NCBI GenBank assembly: GCA_963647095.1
Contig: CAVIYC010000001.1
Span: 1 to 44,024, forward strand
Reading direction: 5' to 3'
Source of the DNA: Oscillospiraceae bacterium
GTDB taxonomy: Bacteria; Bacillota_I; Bacilli_A; RFN20; CAG-826
DNA length: 44,024 bases
Shown: in pieces, positions 17,262 to 25,154 of the stretch
Numbering within the stretch: position 1 is the stretch's first letter
Layout: each line of letters starts with the position of its first letter
Position numbers and translations under genes: made by a program
The notes under the pieces: generated by a model
The model's database searches: none
What the model was told of the DNA's origin: nothing
Seen by the model: the letters and a program-made list of their open reading frames with translations, nothing else

Positions 17262-18113
17262 TTAATCGGATAAAAGATATTTTTTGAGTTCGTCTAATCT
17301 CTTTTTGGCGGTCTCAACGCCCAAATCATAAGCTTTTTTCAACACTTCCGTGTCTTGGGAAGTCGGGAATATTTCTAATGAATATGGGGGATAAAACACG
17401 AAAACGTTGCCTTTGTCTTCCTCTTCTTCGAGGATGCGGAGGTGTTCGTGATAGGTGATGTGGCTGTATTGGTGGCCGTTGATGAAGTTTGGATAATCCT
17501 TGAATCTCTTTTCGACCATCGGTTCGTTGGCTTCGTGCAAATCTTTGAACCTGAAGCCTCTTTCGCGGTTAGAAACCACGACGATTTTCTTTCCTTCCGC
17601 CAACGGGCGCAAGAAAGGTATGCGTTCGACGTATCCGCCATCCAAAGTCGGGATGTCTCCGACCATTTTCGGTTTCTTGGTGAAGGCGGTCAAAGAACAG
17701 CTCCCTTCGCAACCGTCATAGAAATTTGGATCTTCCTTGGCGATATAGATTGGGGTGCAGGTATTCAAATTGGTGGCTACGGCGTAGAATTCGGTCTCGC
17801 TTTCGGCGATGGCTTTCTTATCCAAATCTTTGTTTTTCTTTTCGTCGAAATAATGTCTGAAATCAATCAAAGACCCACCTTTCAAGAAATCCAAAGGGGC
17901 TATGACATCTTTCATTTTGGTGTCCAAAAACAATCGGGAAGCCGCTCCTTTTTTCTTTTGGACGTAATTTAAGCCAACCCAGGTGCCGGCCGAACAGCCA
18001 TAAGCTTCGGTTGCGAACAATCCTTCTTCGATCAATACGTCGACGACTCCGCAGGCGAATATGGCGCGCTGGCCTCCGCCTTGAATCGACAATACCCATT
18101 CTTTGTTGCTCAT
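17262..18113 (-). CDS. Patatin-like phospholipase
   Basis: 283 aa with oxyanion motif GGGQRAIFACG, nucleophile elbow GCSAGT and a catalytic Asp in LDGGY. ATGA overlap with the HAD gene. Confidence 0.8.
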   Translation of the reverse strand: MSNKEWVLSIQGGGQRAIFACGVVDVLIEEGLFATEAYGCSAGTWVGLNYVQKKKGAASRLFLDTKMKDVIAPLDFLKGGSLIDFRHYFDEKKNKDLDKKAIAESETEFYAVATNLNTCTPIYIAKEDPNFYDGCEGSCSLTAFTKKPKMVGDIPTLDGGYVERIPFLRPLAEGKKIVVVSNRERGFRFKDLHEANEPMVEKRFKDYPNFINGHQYSHITYHEHLRILEEEEDKGNVFVFYPPYSLEIFPTSQDTEVLKKAYDLGVETAKKRLDELKKYLLSD

Positions 18114-18898
18114 AATCTCCCTCCAAGTAAGCCATAATGTTTTAAGCCTTCATACACTCCGTCTTCTGACACGGAGCTTGTGACGTAATTGGCTTTTTCT
18201 TTCACTTCGCTTTTGCCTTGTCCCATGCAAACCAGATAATTAGCGGCATTGAGCATATCAATATCGGGTATATCGTCCCCAAAGGCAATGGCTTCTTCCT
18301 TTTTGATGTTTAATTTTTCAAGAATCGCCAACATCCCGTCGCTTTTACGGTGCTTCTTTTCCATAACGTCGAAGGCGGTTGGTATATATTCGTTGATAAA
18401 CAGTTCCGGGAAGTCCTTCTTGTATATTTCCCCGGCCTTGGATGGCGCGAAGAAGTTTATGGTTACGACGTCTTCTCCGTCATATTCTCCCAATGGGGCC
18501 AGAGACTCATTGAAGAACTGATAGAAATTCCTCGATTCCTCGGTTTGGGGAAACAACAAGGTTCTCTTATAAACCCCAACGATTTCCATGGTATAGCCAT
18601 CTTTCTCGCATCTAGAGATGAAACGGCGAACCAAGTTCTCGCTTACCTTTGATAGGAACACTATCTCGTCATTCAAAGTCGCGACTCCTCCGCAACTTCC
18701 GATCCATCCATCATAAATAACGCCTTGATCGAACGTTCCGAGCTTAAGCATCGAATGATAAGGCCTAGAAGAGCAAAGTACGCATTTTATCCCTCTTTTT
18801 TGGGCTTCTTTGATGCCTTCTAATGACTTAGATTTCCATTCTTGGTTCTTGTTGTCGTATAAGGTCCCGTCTATGTCGAAAAAAGCGATCTTAATCAT
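18110..18898 (-). CDS. Cof-type HAD-IIB family hydrolase (sugar phosphatase-like)
   Basis: 262 aa with FFDIDGTL (motif I), CSSRP and GDDIPDIDML (motif IV). Confidence 0.85.
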   Translation of the reverse strand: MIKIAFFDIDGTLYDNKNQEWKSKSLEGIKEAQKRGIKCVLCSSRPYHSMLKLGTFDQGVIYDGWIGSCGGVATLNDEIVFLSKVSENLVRRFISRCEKDGYTMEIVGVYKRTLLFPQTEESRNFYQFFNESLAPLGEYDGEDVVTINFFAPSKAGEIYKKDFPELFINEYIPTAFDVMEKKHRKSDGMLAILEKLNIKKEEAIAFGDDIPDIDMLNAANYLVCMGQGKSEVKEKANYVTSSVSEDGVYEGLKHYGLLGGRL

Positions 18899-18905
18899 GG
18901 GTTTG

Positions 18906-18914
18906 ATTATATCA
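18906..18914 (-). promoter_or_regulatory. Extended -10 TGATATAAT 7 nt upstream of the HAD ATG (leaderless-type)
   Basis: The minus strand reads TAAatctcttcttattttTGATATAATcaaacccATG. No Shine-Dalgarno sequence. Confidence 0.45.
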
Positions 18915-18929
18915 AAAATAAGAAGAGAT

Positions 18930-20639
18930 TTAACGCCAGGTCTTTTCGAAGGCCTCGTATAGGGCGGAATTGAGTTTTGAAAAACCCTCTGGATTAACCT
19001 TGATGGCTTCTCGGTCGTAGGTTACTAAGCCGTTAATCTCTCCCTCGACGTCGCTCCATTGGGTGAGAACCGCCACGGAAAGTCCTTCGTTTTCGATTAA
19101 CGGAACCAAATTTTCCAAATAGGTCTTTTCGTAAGCTTTCATTAACTTGTCGGCATTCCCGTATTTGGCATATCCAAACCTCTTTCCGGAAGGAGAATGT
19201 CCCTCCACCGGATATGAGAATCCGCCGAATTCGGAAAGGGAAAGGATTCTCCCTTTTTCGTTCTTCAAATTGGGTTTCTTGAAATAAACGTGATGGCTGG
19301 AGAAATCCCCCGAGCCGGTATCGAACCAGCCGGAGGTGGAATCGATTAGCCTGGTGTCGTCCAACACCCTCAAAGCTTCGGTCAACCTAACCGAGTCGAA
19401 TTGGCCCCAACCTTCGTTGAACAAAGTCCAAGCGATGATGGAAGGGTGCTTGTCCAACAACTTAACCGTTTTGCTTAAGTCCGCCTCGAACATTTCTCTC
19501 GACGCTTTGTTTCCTCTTTGCATCTTGTCATGAACCGTGTCGTCGTATTTGAGTTTCAAAAACGGCGCGGCGGCCAATCTGAAAAGAGGTATCTTCCCGC
19601 CGGAATTGATCATGTCTTGAATGATTAAAACGCCCAAGCGATCGCATTCGTAATACCAACGAGGGGATTCTATCTTTATGTGTTTTCTTAACGCATTGAA
19701 GCCAAACGATTTTATGAGATTCAATTCTTTCTCAATGTCTTCTTGGCTTGCCGGTGTCATGCCGGATTTCTCAGACCAATATCCTTGGTCCAACAAAGCG
19801 CTCAAGAACAAAGGCTTTTCGTTCAAAGCGATTAGGCTCTTGCCTCTTTTTTCGATTTTTTCGATTTTCCTAACGCCGAAAATCGAATGGATGACGTCTT
19901 TTCCTTTCGAAACCGTGACTTGGTATAAGTTCGGTTCTTCCAAAGACCAAGGATAGAAATAATCTTTGAGGTTGATCAAAGCTTCGCCGTAGGTGTCGGT
20001 CTTGCCTTTGATTATTTCTCCTTTTGGGGTGGTCACTTCGATTTTGGCGTCCGAGACGTTATGCCCCAAATCGATGATCAATCTTCTCCTATCGTAATTG
20101 GCGTTGATCTCGATTTTGTCGAATCTGAATCCTTCCGGAAGGTATTCGACATATACGTTTCCCCAAATACCCGAAGTCCCTTTATACCAAATGGTCCCGG
20201 GATTAAGGGATTGCTTTCCTCTGGCAAACACATCGGACGAAGTGTCGTCTTTTGCTTTGACTTCGATAACGTCTCCTTTTTTAAGATGGGGAACGATTAT
20301 CGAAAACGGCCAATAACCGCCTTCGTGATGCGCCACGAAAGAGCCATTCCAATAAACGTCGCATATTTGGTCCACGGCTTCGAAATGTATTTTGGCTTCT
20401 TGCTCAAAATATTCGTTATCTTCCTCGATTAAGAGGCGATAATGCATCGTTTGGTTTGGATAAACGGTGGCGTTTATCCCGCTTAGTTCGGTTTCCGGGG
20501 CAAACGGAACCAAAATCTTTTTGTCATATTCGGGTTCTTCTCCATTATTCAAGGCGAAGTCCCATAAGCCATTTAGGGAATAAACGCTGTCTCTTGCGAA
20601 ATATGGATCGAAGGCTTTGTCTAACGAAATCTTATTCAT
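18930..20639 (-). CDS. Glycoside hydrolase family 2-like enzyme (specificity unknown)
   Basis: 569 aa. An N-terminal sugar-binding/Ig-like region is followed by a TIM-barrel part. WTLFNEGWG is the candidate acid/base NE, and LSEFGGFSY is the candidate nucleophile Glu. Confidence 0.7.
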   Translation of the reverse strand: MNKISLDKAFDPYFARDSVYSLNGLWDFALNNGEEPEYDKKILVPFAPETELSGINATVYPNQTMHYRLLIEEDNEYFEQEAKIHFEAVDQICDVYWNGSFVAHHEGGYWPFSIIVPHLKKGDVIEVKAKDDTSSDVFARGKQSLNPGTIWYKGTSGIWGNVYVEYLPEGFRFDKIEINANYDRRRLIIDLGHNVSDAKIEVTTPKGEIIKGKTDTYGEALINLKDYFYPWSLEEPNLYQVTVSKGKDVIHSIFGVRKIEKIEKRGKSLIALNEKPLFLSALLDQGYWSEKSGMTPASQEDIEKELNLIKSFGFNALRKHIKIESPRWYYECDRLGVLIIQDMINSGGKIPLFRLAAAPFLKLKYDDTVHDKMQRGNKASREMFEADLSKTVKLLDKHPSIIAWTLFNEGWGQFDSVRLTEALRVLDDTRLIDSTSGWFDTGSGDFSSHHVYFKKPNLKNEKGRILSLSEFGGFSYPVEGHSPSGKRFGYAKYGNADKLMKAYEKTYLENLVPLIENEGLSVAVLTQWSDVEGEINGLVTYDREAIKVNPEGFSKLNSALYEAFEKTWR

Positions 20640-20645
20640 GGGATA

Positions 20646-20651
20646 ATCATA
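20646..20651 (-). promoter_or_regulatory. -10-like TATGAT 6 nt upstream of the GH2 ATG (leaderless-type)
   Basis: The minus strand reads aaagtagTATGATtatcccATG. No Shine-Dalgarno sequence. Confidence 0.35.
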
Positions 20652-20694
20652 CTACTTTGGCTTATTGGAGTAGAATACTCCCGAGGACGAAATT

Positions 20695-21870
20695 ATGAAT
20701 CAGATAGAAACAGCAAAAAATTATCTAAAAGAAAAAGGGTTGGATGCCTGGGTGTTGGTTGATTATGAGAACCGCAACCCGGCTTTTGTCAGTTTCTTGG
20801 GAAGGAAGATGCTGACCAGGAAAATATTCTTGATCGTTCCAAAAGAAGGGAAACCCTATTTGATTTGCCATTCCATCGACACCGTTTTCCTAAAAGGCCA
20901 AAACGATTTCGATTTGAAGGTTTATAAGACTTGGCAAGAGATGCTAGCTTTGGAAAAGGAATGCTTTTCGTCTTACAAAAAGATTTGCATGGACATCTCT
21001 GGCGACGGCTTGTTGCCTAGAGTCTCTTTGGCGGATTATGGCTCGGTCGAATATATAAAGAATTTGGGAATTGAGATCGTTTCTTCCGCAAATATCCTCC
21101 AAAAATTGACCGCTACCTTGGATGACGAAGCCAAAGAATTGCAAAGAGAAGCCAACGAAAAAGTGTTGGCCATCAAAGACGAGGCCTTCAAAAAGATTGC
21201 CGCGGATATCAAAAAGAGAGGAAAATCCAACGAATACGAAGTCCAACAATATATTTGTGCTCGCTTCAAAGAAGAAGGAATGGCTTGGGACGACGACCCA
21301 ATCGTGGCTATTGGCCCCAACGCCTCAAACCCCCATTATGGCCCAACCAAAGATAATAACAGCGACATCCACGAGGACGATTTGGTTTTGATTGACATGT
21401 GGGCGAAGATGGACGCGCCGAAAGGCGTATATTCCGACATCACCTGGATGGGGTATGTAGGAGAAACCGTCCCAGAAGTTTACGAAAACAGATTCCAAAT
21501 ATTGAAAAAAGACGTGGATTTATGCGTCAAATTCCTCAATAAAAACATCGCAGTCCGCCCGGTTTACGGATATGAAGTCGACGACGTCTCCAGAAAATAC
21601 ATCAACGAACAAGGATATGGAGATTATTACACCCACCGCGTCGGCCATAGCATCGCCATCGACGTTGGCCCTCACGGCTGCGGGGTCAACATGGACAACT
21701 ACGAAACCCATGATTTCAGAGAGATCATTCCCAATGTTTGTTTCTCCTTGGAGCCGGGAATATATGCGCCAGACTTTGGGATGAGGAGCGAAACCAACGT
21801 TTTGATCGATAATGGCAAAGTCGTGGTCGTGGCCGGAAGGCAAGATAAGATAATCCCGATTCTCAAATAG
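20695..21870 (+). CDS. M24-family Xaa-Pro aminopeptidase/dipeptidase
   Basis: 391 aa with pita-bread metal ligands in context: LIDMWA, DITWM, HRVGHSIAID, SLEPGIY, SETNVLI. GAGGA Shine-Dalgarno lies 7 nt upstream. Confidence 0.85.
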   Translation: MNQIETAKNYLKEKGLDAWVLVDYENRNPAFVSFLGRKMLTRKIFLIVPKEGKPYLICHSIDTVFLKGQNDFDLKVYKTWQEMLALEKECFSSYKKICMDISGDGLLPRVSLADYGSVEYIKNLGIEIVSSANILQKLTATLDDEAKELQREANEKVLAIKDEAFKKIAADIKKRGKSNEYEVQQYICARFKEEGMAWDDDPIVAIGPNASNPHYGPTKDNNSDIHEDDLVLIDMWAKMDAPKGVYSDITWMGYVGETVPEVYENRFQILKKDVDLCVKFLNKNIAVRPVYGYEVDDVSRKYINEQGYGDYYTHRVGHSIAIDVGPHGCGVNMDNYETHDFREIIPNVCFSLEPGIYAPDFGMRSETNVLIDNGKVVVVAGRQDKIIPILK

Positions 21871-21882
21871 CTTTAAGAACAG

Positions 21883-21922
21883 AAAAAGTGAGAGCCGGCA
21901 GTGGCTCTCACTTTTCCTTTTT
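21883..21922. terminator. Bidirectional rho-independent terminator between the convergent M24 peptidase and hsp20 genes
   Basis: A 13-bp stem pairs AAAAGTGAGAGCC with GGCTCTCACTTTT around a 6-nt loop (ggcagt). It is flanked by an A-run and a T-run, so a U-tract follows on either strand. Confidence 0.8.
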
Positions 21923-21944
21923 AAGGGGAGAGGATGGGAAGATG

Positions 21945-22337
21945 CTATTTGATTTCGATGCGATGAGAGGCTTCGATCTTTGATTGATCTTTGGGGAACC
22001 TGATGGCAAGGACGCCGTTTTCGAAGTTCGCCTTGATGCTTCTCTCGTCGACTTCTCCGACGTGGTAGCTGCGGGAGCTATTGACGTATCTGCGTTCTCT
22101 GAGCATGTATTTCTTGTTGTTCTCGGTTTCTTTGAGAGAGACGCTGACGGTGAGGTATTCGTTTTTGTATTCGATGCTCACGTCTTCTTTCTTGACTCCC
22201 GGGAGTTCGATGTCGATGGCGTATTCGTCTCCATCAACATATATGTCGCTTCTCATTTGGAGAGCGCCTTCGTCAGAGAATAGTTCGCGGAATAAATCGT
22301 GGGGTAAATAAGAATCGTTTCTAGTGGTGATATACAT
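21945..22337 (-). CDS. Hsp20/alpha-crystallin family small heat-shock protein
   Basis: Alpha-crystallin domain DIYVDGDEYAIDIELPGVKKEDVSIEY...ANFENGVLAIRFPK. ATG 22337 has AAAGGAGATAATT upstream. The ORF-track start at 22361 would lie inside CIRCE-1. Confidence 0.9.
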   Translation of the reverse strand: MYITTRNDSYLPHDLFRELFSDEGALQMRSDIYVDGDEYAIDIELPGVKKEDVSIEYKNEYLTVSVSLKETENNKKYMLRERRYVNSSRSYHVGEVDERSIKANFENGVLAIRFPKDQSKIEASHRIEIK

Positions 22338-22354
22338 AATTATCTCCTTTCGTT

Positions 22355-22381
22355 TTAGCACTCTTTGTTCCCAAGTGCTAA
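22355..22381. promoter_or_regulatory. CIRCE operator 1 (HrcA-type inverted repeat)
   Basis: TTAGCACTC-tttgttccc-AAGTGCTAA compared with the consensus TTAGCACTC-N9-GAGTGCTAA. It sits between the predicted -10 and the hsp20 Shine-Dalgarno sequence. Confidence 0.8.
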
Positions 22382-22385
22382 GTAT

Positions 22386-22413
22386 ATTCTAACCACTCTT
22401 TTAGCACTGTCAA
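22386..22413 (-). promoter_or_regulatory. SigA-type promoter of hsp20: TTGACA-16 nt-TAGAAT
   Basis: The minus strand reads taatgTTGACAgtgctaaaagagtggtTAGAATatac. The -35 (22408-22413) lies inside CIRCE-2. The -10 (22386-22391) lies between the two CIRCE elements. Confidence 0.55.
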
Positions 22414-22427
22414 CATTAAAGTGCTAA
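22401..22427. promoter_or_regulatory. CIRCE operator 2 (HrcA-type inverted repeat)
   Basis: TTAGCACTG-tcaacatta-AAGTGCTAA. The 8-bp arms TTAGCACT/AGTGCTAA are perfect. It overlaps the -35. Confidence 0.75.
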
Positions 22428-22433
22428 TTTTTT

Positions 22434-22754
22434 TCAAATAATTTTTCTAAGCTTTTTTATCTCTGTTTCTATCTCCCTTCTATGCGCGAAAACATCAGGT
22501 GATATCGCGATATTTTTATTACTACCCCTATAGTATCCCTCCCATAGTTCGTTGGTTTTCAGAAGCAATGAGTCCATTTTTTCTTTTTGTTTTTCGCTTC
22601 CGAAGGCCATAAACGCTTCAATTAAATGGCTTTCCAATTCCTTGCCGTTGAACTCTCCGGCCCGGCATCTCCTGAATGGATCCATCCACTCGGCGAGTTT
22701 GCGTTCGTAAAAGGTAACGAACTCGAATTGCTTGTTTTGTTTTGTATCGCTCAT
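22434..22754 (-). CDS. Hypothetical 106-aa cytoplasmic protein
   Basis: Intact ORF MSDTKQNKQFEFVTFYERKLAEWMDPF... with no motif I recognise. It is AT-rich. Upstream is TTGTAA-18-TATAAG, then 5 nt, then ATG. Confidence 0.5.
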   Translation of the reverse strand: MSDTKQNKQFEFVTFYERKLAEWMDPFRRCRAGEFNGKELESHLIEAFMAFGSEKQKEKMDSLLLKTNELWEGYYRGSNKNIAISPDVFAHRREIETEIKKLRKII

Positions 22755-22785
22755 ACCTTCTTATAGACATGCGTGTGCGCGATTT

Positions 22786-22813
22786 ACAAAAAACCGCCCA
22801 ATTGAGGACGGTT
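22786..22813 (-). terminator. Rho-independent terminator after the 167-aa membrane protein gene
   Basis: The minus strand reads AACCGTCC-tcaatt-GGGCGGTT followed by TTTTTTG. The stem is 8 bp including one G-U pair that forms only in the minus-strand RNA. Confidence 0.65.
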
Positions 22814-22835
22814 TGATTTGGATTAATAACTCAGC

Positions 22836-23339
22836 TTATTTCTTGGAGTAGCTTAAGACGGCGGCGCCAAAGGAGAGAGCGGCGGCCACTAAGCCGGCGG
22901 CGCCAGAGATGATGGTTCCGGCTCCCAATTTCAAGTTGTACAAGGAACCGAGGGTATCTTTCAATCCGGTCGTGGAGATGGCGCAAAGGAAGATGATGGC
23001 GAAGATCATTTCCATGATTCCGCCCAAGAAGAACAAGAATCCGGAGAATTTCTTAGAACCGTTGGGGTTAGGGAAAAGCAAGATGGTAGCGATGGTCTGG
23101 AACACGACGCCGATGACCAATAAGGTGAAGGCGGCGATGTTCGCGGACGACGCGGAACTGATATAGGAGTTGGCTTTGTTGCCGAAGATGACGGTATAAC
23201 CGCTCCACTCCAATTCGGAGATGGAAGTCCCGGCTTCTTTGAGGCTGGCGTGTATTCCACATCCAACCGGGGCAACGAACACGGCAATCGCCAACGCGAA
23301 GATGACGAGACCGAGGATATTGACTATTTTCTTATTCAT
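22836..23339 (-). CDS. Hypothetical 4-TM membrane protein, 167 aa
   Basis: Four hydrophobic segments: ILGLVIFALAIAVFVAPV, IAAFTLLVIGVVFQTIATILLF, FSGFLFFLGGIMEMIFAIIFLCAI, GAGTIISGAAGLVAAALSFGAAVL. AAGGA lies upstream. Confidence 0.6.
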   Translation of the reverse strand: MNKKIVNILGLVIFALAIAVFVAPVGCGIHASLKEAGTSISELEWSGYTVIFGNKANSYISSASSANIAAFTLLVIGVVFQTIATILLFPNPNGSKKFSGFLFFLGGIMEMIFAIIFLCAISTTGLKDTLGSLYNLKLGAGTIISGAAGLVAAALSFGAAVLSYSKK

Positions 23340-23370
23340 GTTTCAACAATCCTTTCTGGATACGCTACAT

Positions 23371-23399
23371 ATCTTAATTTAGCGAGGTGTCTTAATCAA
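23371..23399 (-). promoter_or_regulatory. Candidate promoter TTGATT-17 nt-TAAGAT for the 4-TM protein gene
   Basis: The minus strand reads cTTGATTaagacacctcgctaaatTAAGATatg. It begins right after the stop of the lipoprotein gene. Confidence 0.35.
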
Positions 23400-23401
23400 G
23401 A

Positions 23402-25072
23402 TTAAGCCTTTGAAATCTGGAGAACGGCTTTTTCGGCGGATGTCGATGTGACCGTAACGCTCCAAGGGAGGCTAGTCCCGTCGTTCATCACGCTCTTGTA
23501 GTTGTTGTAATAGGCCGGGAAGGATTTCGCATACAGAGAATAGGAGAACGTTGTGCCGGCGGTAAACAAAGAAGTGTTCGAACAAACCAAGGCTTGGCCC
23601 GCCTTATCGCATTCCGTGTCGTAGTTTTTCTTGCTCGTGCAATCGATCAATTGGATGAGTCTGTGAGACAAATCCCCGACCGTGCCTTTGCTATTAACGT
23701 AGTTATAGGCGGCCGTGTTGGAATTCACCACATATACGGTTTCGTCGTCATCGAATGAATCGACATACGCGTTAAGGTCGTCTCCGGCGCTATTCAAATT
23801 GGCCAACCTGGCGTCGATATGATAGATGCGGATGCCTCTGTTGGTCATTCCTTGTATGCCGTTGGAATAAACTTCGTCGCTATCGGATTCGTTCAATCCT
23901 TCCGGCGTGTAATATTCAAGGAGCATGTATTCGTCAAAAGCCATGCCGTTCCATCCGCCGGAAGTCGGGAGAATGACGAATTCCCCGGAAGTGCTGGCGG
24001 GTTTTAGTTCGATTGTGCAGCTTGAGGTTGGGACATACGGGTTAACCCAACCCAAAGCGAATTTGGAGAATGAGTTGTGGTCGATGACGTTGGCATCCAT
24101 CATATCAACCCATCCGGTAGGGCCATAATTCTTGCTATATTCGTCGCAATCCGCGGAAACGTAGTAATCATCCAACCCCAAAAGGTGTCCGGTTTCGTGA
24201 ATGTAGGTATGGGCGTCTCTGCTCTTCGTGCCATAACCTTCGTACATGAAATCATACGAAGCCCAAGCATAGTGGTAACCGACGGGGCTTGTCTTGTATT
24301 TCTCGATATCGCCATATGTTTTGCCATTTACCACCGAAGTGTCGAAATAGGTGTAAGCCCAATATGTGTTGGAGTCCATCGTTTTGTTGTTGGAAGCGTT
24401 GGGGGCGCCATAAACGAGCCAAACGGCATCGAAGAAACCGTCGTGGTTGGTATCGAAAGAAACGCCTTTGTCGCTATAAGCGGTCTTATACCAGTTGACG
24501 GCGTTTTCCAAAATCGTCCAGGTCGGATCGTATCCTTCCGTCGAAGACGACAAATTGGCCAATTGCTTGGAGTTGTAACCGCAGTCGTACCAATCGGTGA
24601 CGGCGCCTTGGATATTCAATTTTCCAAAGGAAGATTTGTAATAGAAAGAAGACACCGATTGCCAACCGGTTTCCTCCGGTTTCCCAAAGAAGGTTTTGTA
24701 TATGTCGGTTCTTATATCAGCTGTGGCGTATTTGCTAAAATCCGACAATTTGACGGGGATAACCAAAATCCTCGGAGAGCCAACGGACGGAAGGTTGGTG
24801 GTCCATGAGGTTTGGCCAACCCTGTCGTAGGTGTCCTTGCTGTTTGTTTTTAATTCGACCCCTTGGGCGGTGTAACTCGGATCGTTCGCGTCGCATCCGA
24901 ATTCCGTGCCATCGTTGTTATAAACGTAAAGCCCTTTGTCCGTCGGTATCTCTTCATCGGAAATGCTGGAGTCTCCTCCGGTGATTTTGTCTAATATGTC
25001 CAAAATGGAACAGCTGGCCAACGCAAATGCCGAGACAGCGGCCATAACAACCAACAATTTGCGATTCTTCAT
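23402..25072 (-). CDS. Secreted lipoprotein, M6 (immune inhibitor A)-like zinc metalloprotease
   Basis: Lipoprotein signal MKNRKLLVVMAAVSAFALASC (lipobox LASC). HExxH appears in IHETGHLLGLDDYY, and a DGFFDAVWLVYGAPN block resembles M6/InhA. GGAGG lies 8 nt upstream of ATG 25072. The ORF-track TTG at 25087 falls within the Shine-Dalgarno sequence. Confidence 0.72.
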   Translation of the reverse strand: MKNRKLLVVMAAVSAFALASCSILDILDKITGGDSSISDEEIPTDKGLYVYNNDGTEFGCDANDPSYTAQGVELKTNSKDTYDRVGQTSWTTNLPSVGSPRILVIPVKLSDFSKYATADIRTDIYKTFFGKPEETGWQSVSSFYYKSSFGKLNIQGAVTDWYDCGYNSKQLANLSSSTEGYDPTWTILENAVNWYKTAYSDKGVSFDTNHDGFFDAVWLVYGAPNASNNKTMDSNTYWAYTYFDTSVVNGKTYGDIEKYKTSPVGYHYAWASYDFMYEGYGTKSRDAHTYIHETGHLLGLDDYYVSADCDEYSKNYGPTGWVDMMDANVIDHNSFSKFALGWVNPYVPTSSCTIELKPASTSGEFVILPTSGGWNGMAFDEYMLLEYYTPEGLNESDSDEVYSNGIQGMTNRGIRIYHIDARLANLNSAGDDLNAYVDSFDDDETVYVVNSNTAAYNYVNSKGTVGDLSHRLIQLIDCTSKKNYDTECDKAGQALVCSNTSLFTAGTTFSYSLYAKSFPAYYNNYKSVMNDGTSLPWSVTVTSTSAEKAVLQISKA

Positions 25073-25097
25073 ACTAACGACCTCCAAAGAGCAAGAT

Positions 25098-25103
25098 ATT
25101 ATA
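25098..25103 (-). promoter_or_regulatory. -10 TATAAT upstream of the lipoprotein gene (leadered, with Shine-Dalgarno)
   Basis: The minus strand reads gagatTATAATatcttgctctttGGAGGtcgttagtATG. Confidence 0.4.
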
Positions 25104-25117
25104 ATCTCACATTCTTT

Positions 25118-25149
25118 GAAAAAGAAAAAACTCCACTTTAATGGAGTTT
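25118..25149 (-). terminator. Rho-independent terminator after the PIN/KEP-rich gene
   Basis: The minus strand reads AAACTCCA-ttaaag-TGGAGTTT followed by TTTCTTTTTC. Confidence 0.7.
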
Positions 25150-25154
25150 CTTCG

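Noticed and set aside
22338-22361. Longer N-termini given by the ORF track: hsp20 22361, jag 34466, gyrB 40829, lipoprotein 25087, rpiB 1992, comFA 1522, rsmI 9646.
   Set aside because: The extensions start at non-ATG codons or lie inside the upstream gene or operator. They lack Shine-Dalgarno sequences, and downstream ATGs with good Shine-Dalgarno sequences reproduce the canonical family N-termini.
24077-24808. 243-aa plus-strand ORF antisense to the metalloprotease lipoprotein gene. Similar cases are 34892-35590 in yidC, 14990-15505 in the DUF1538 gene and 25285-25814 opposite the KEP-rich tract.
   Set aside because: The opposite strand carries frames with clear motifs: HExxH, the YidC core, AFDSGGV and PIN. 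These ORFs have no start signals or recognisable domains.
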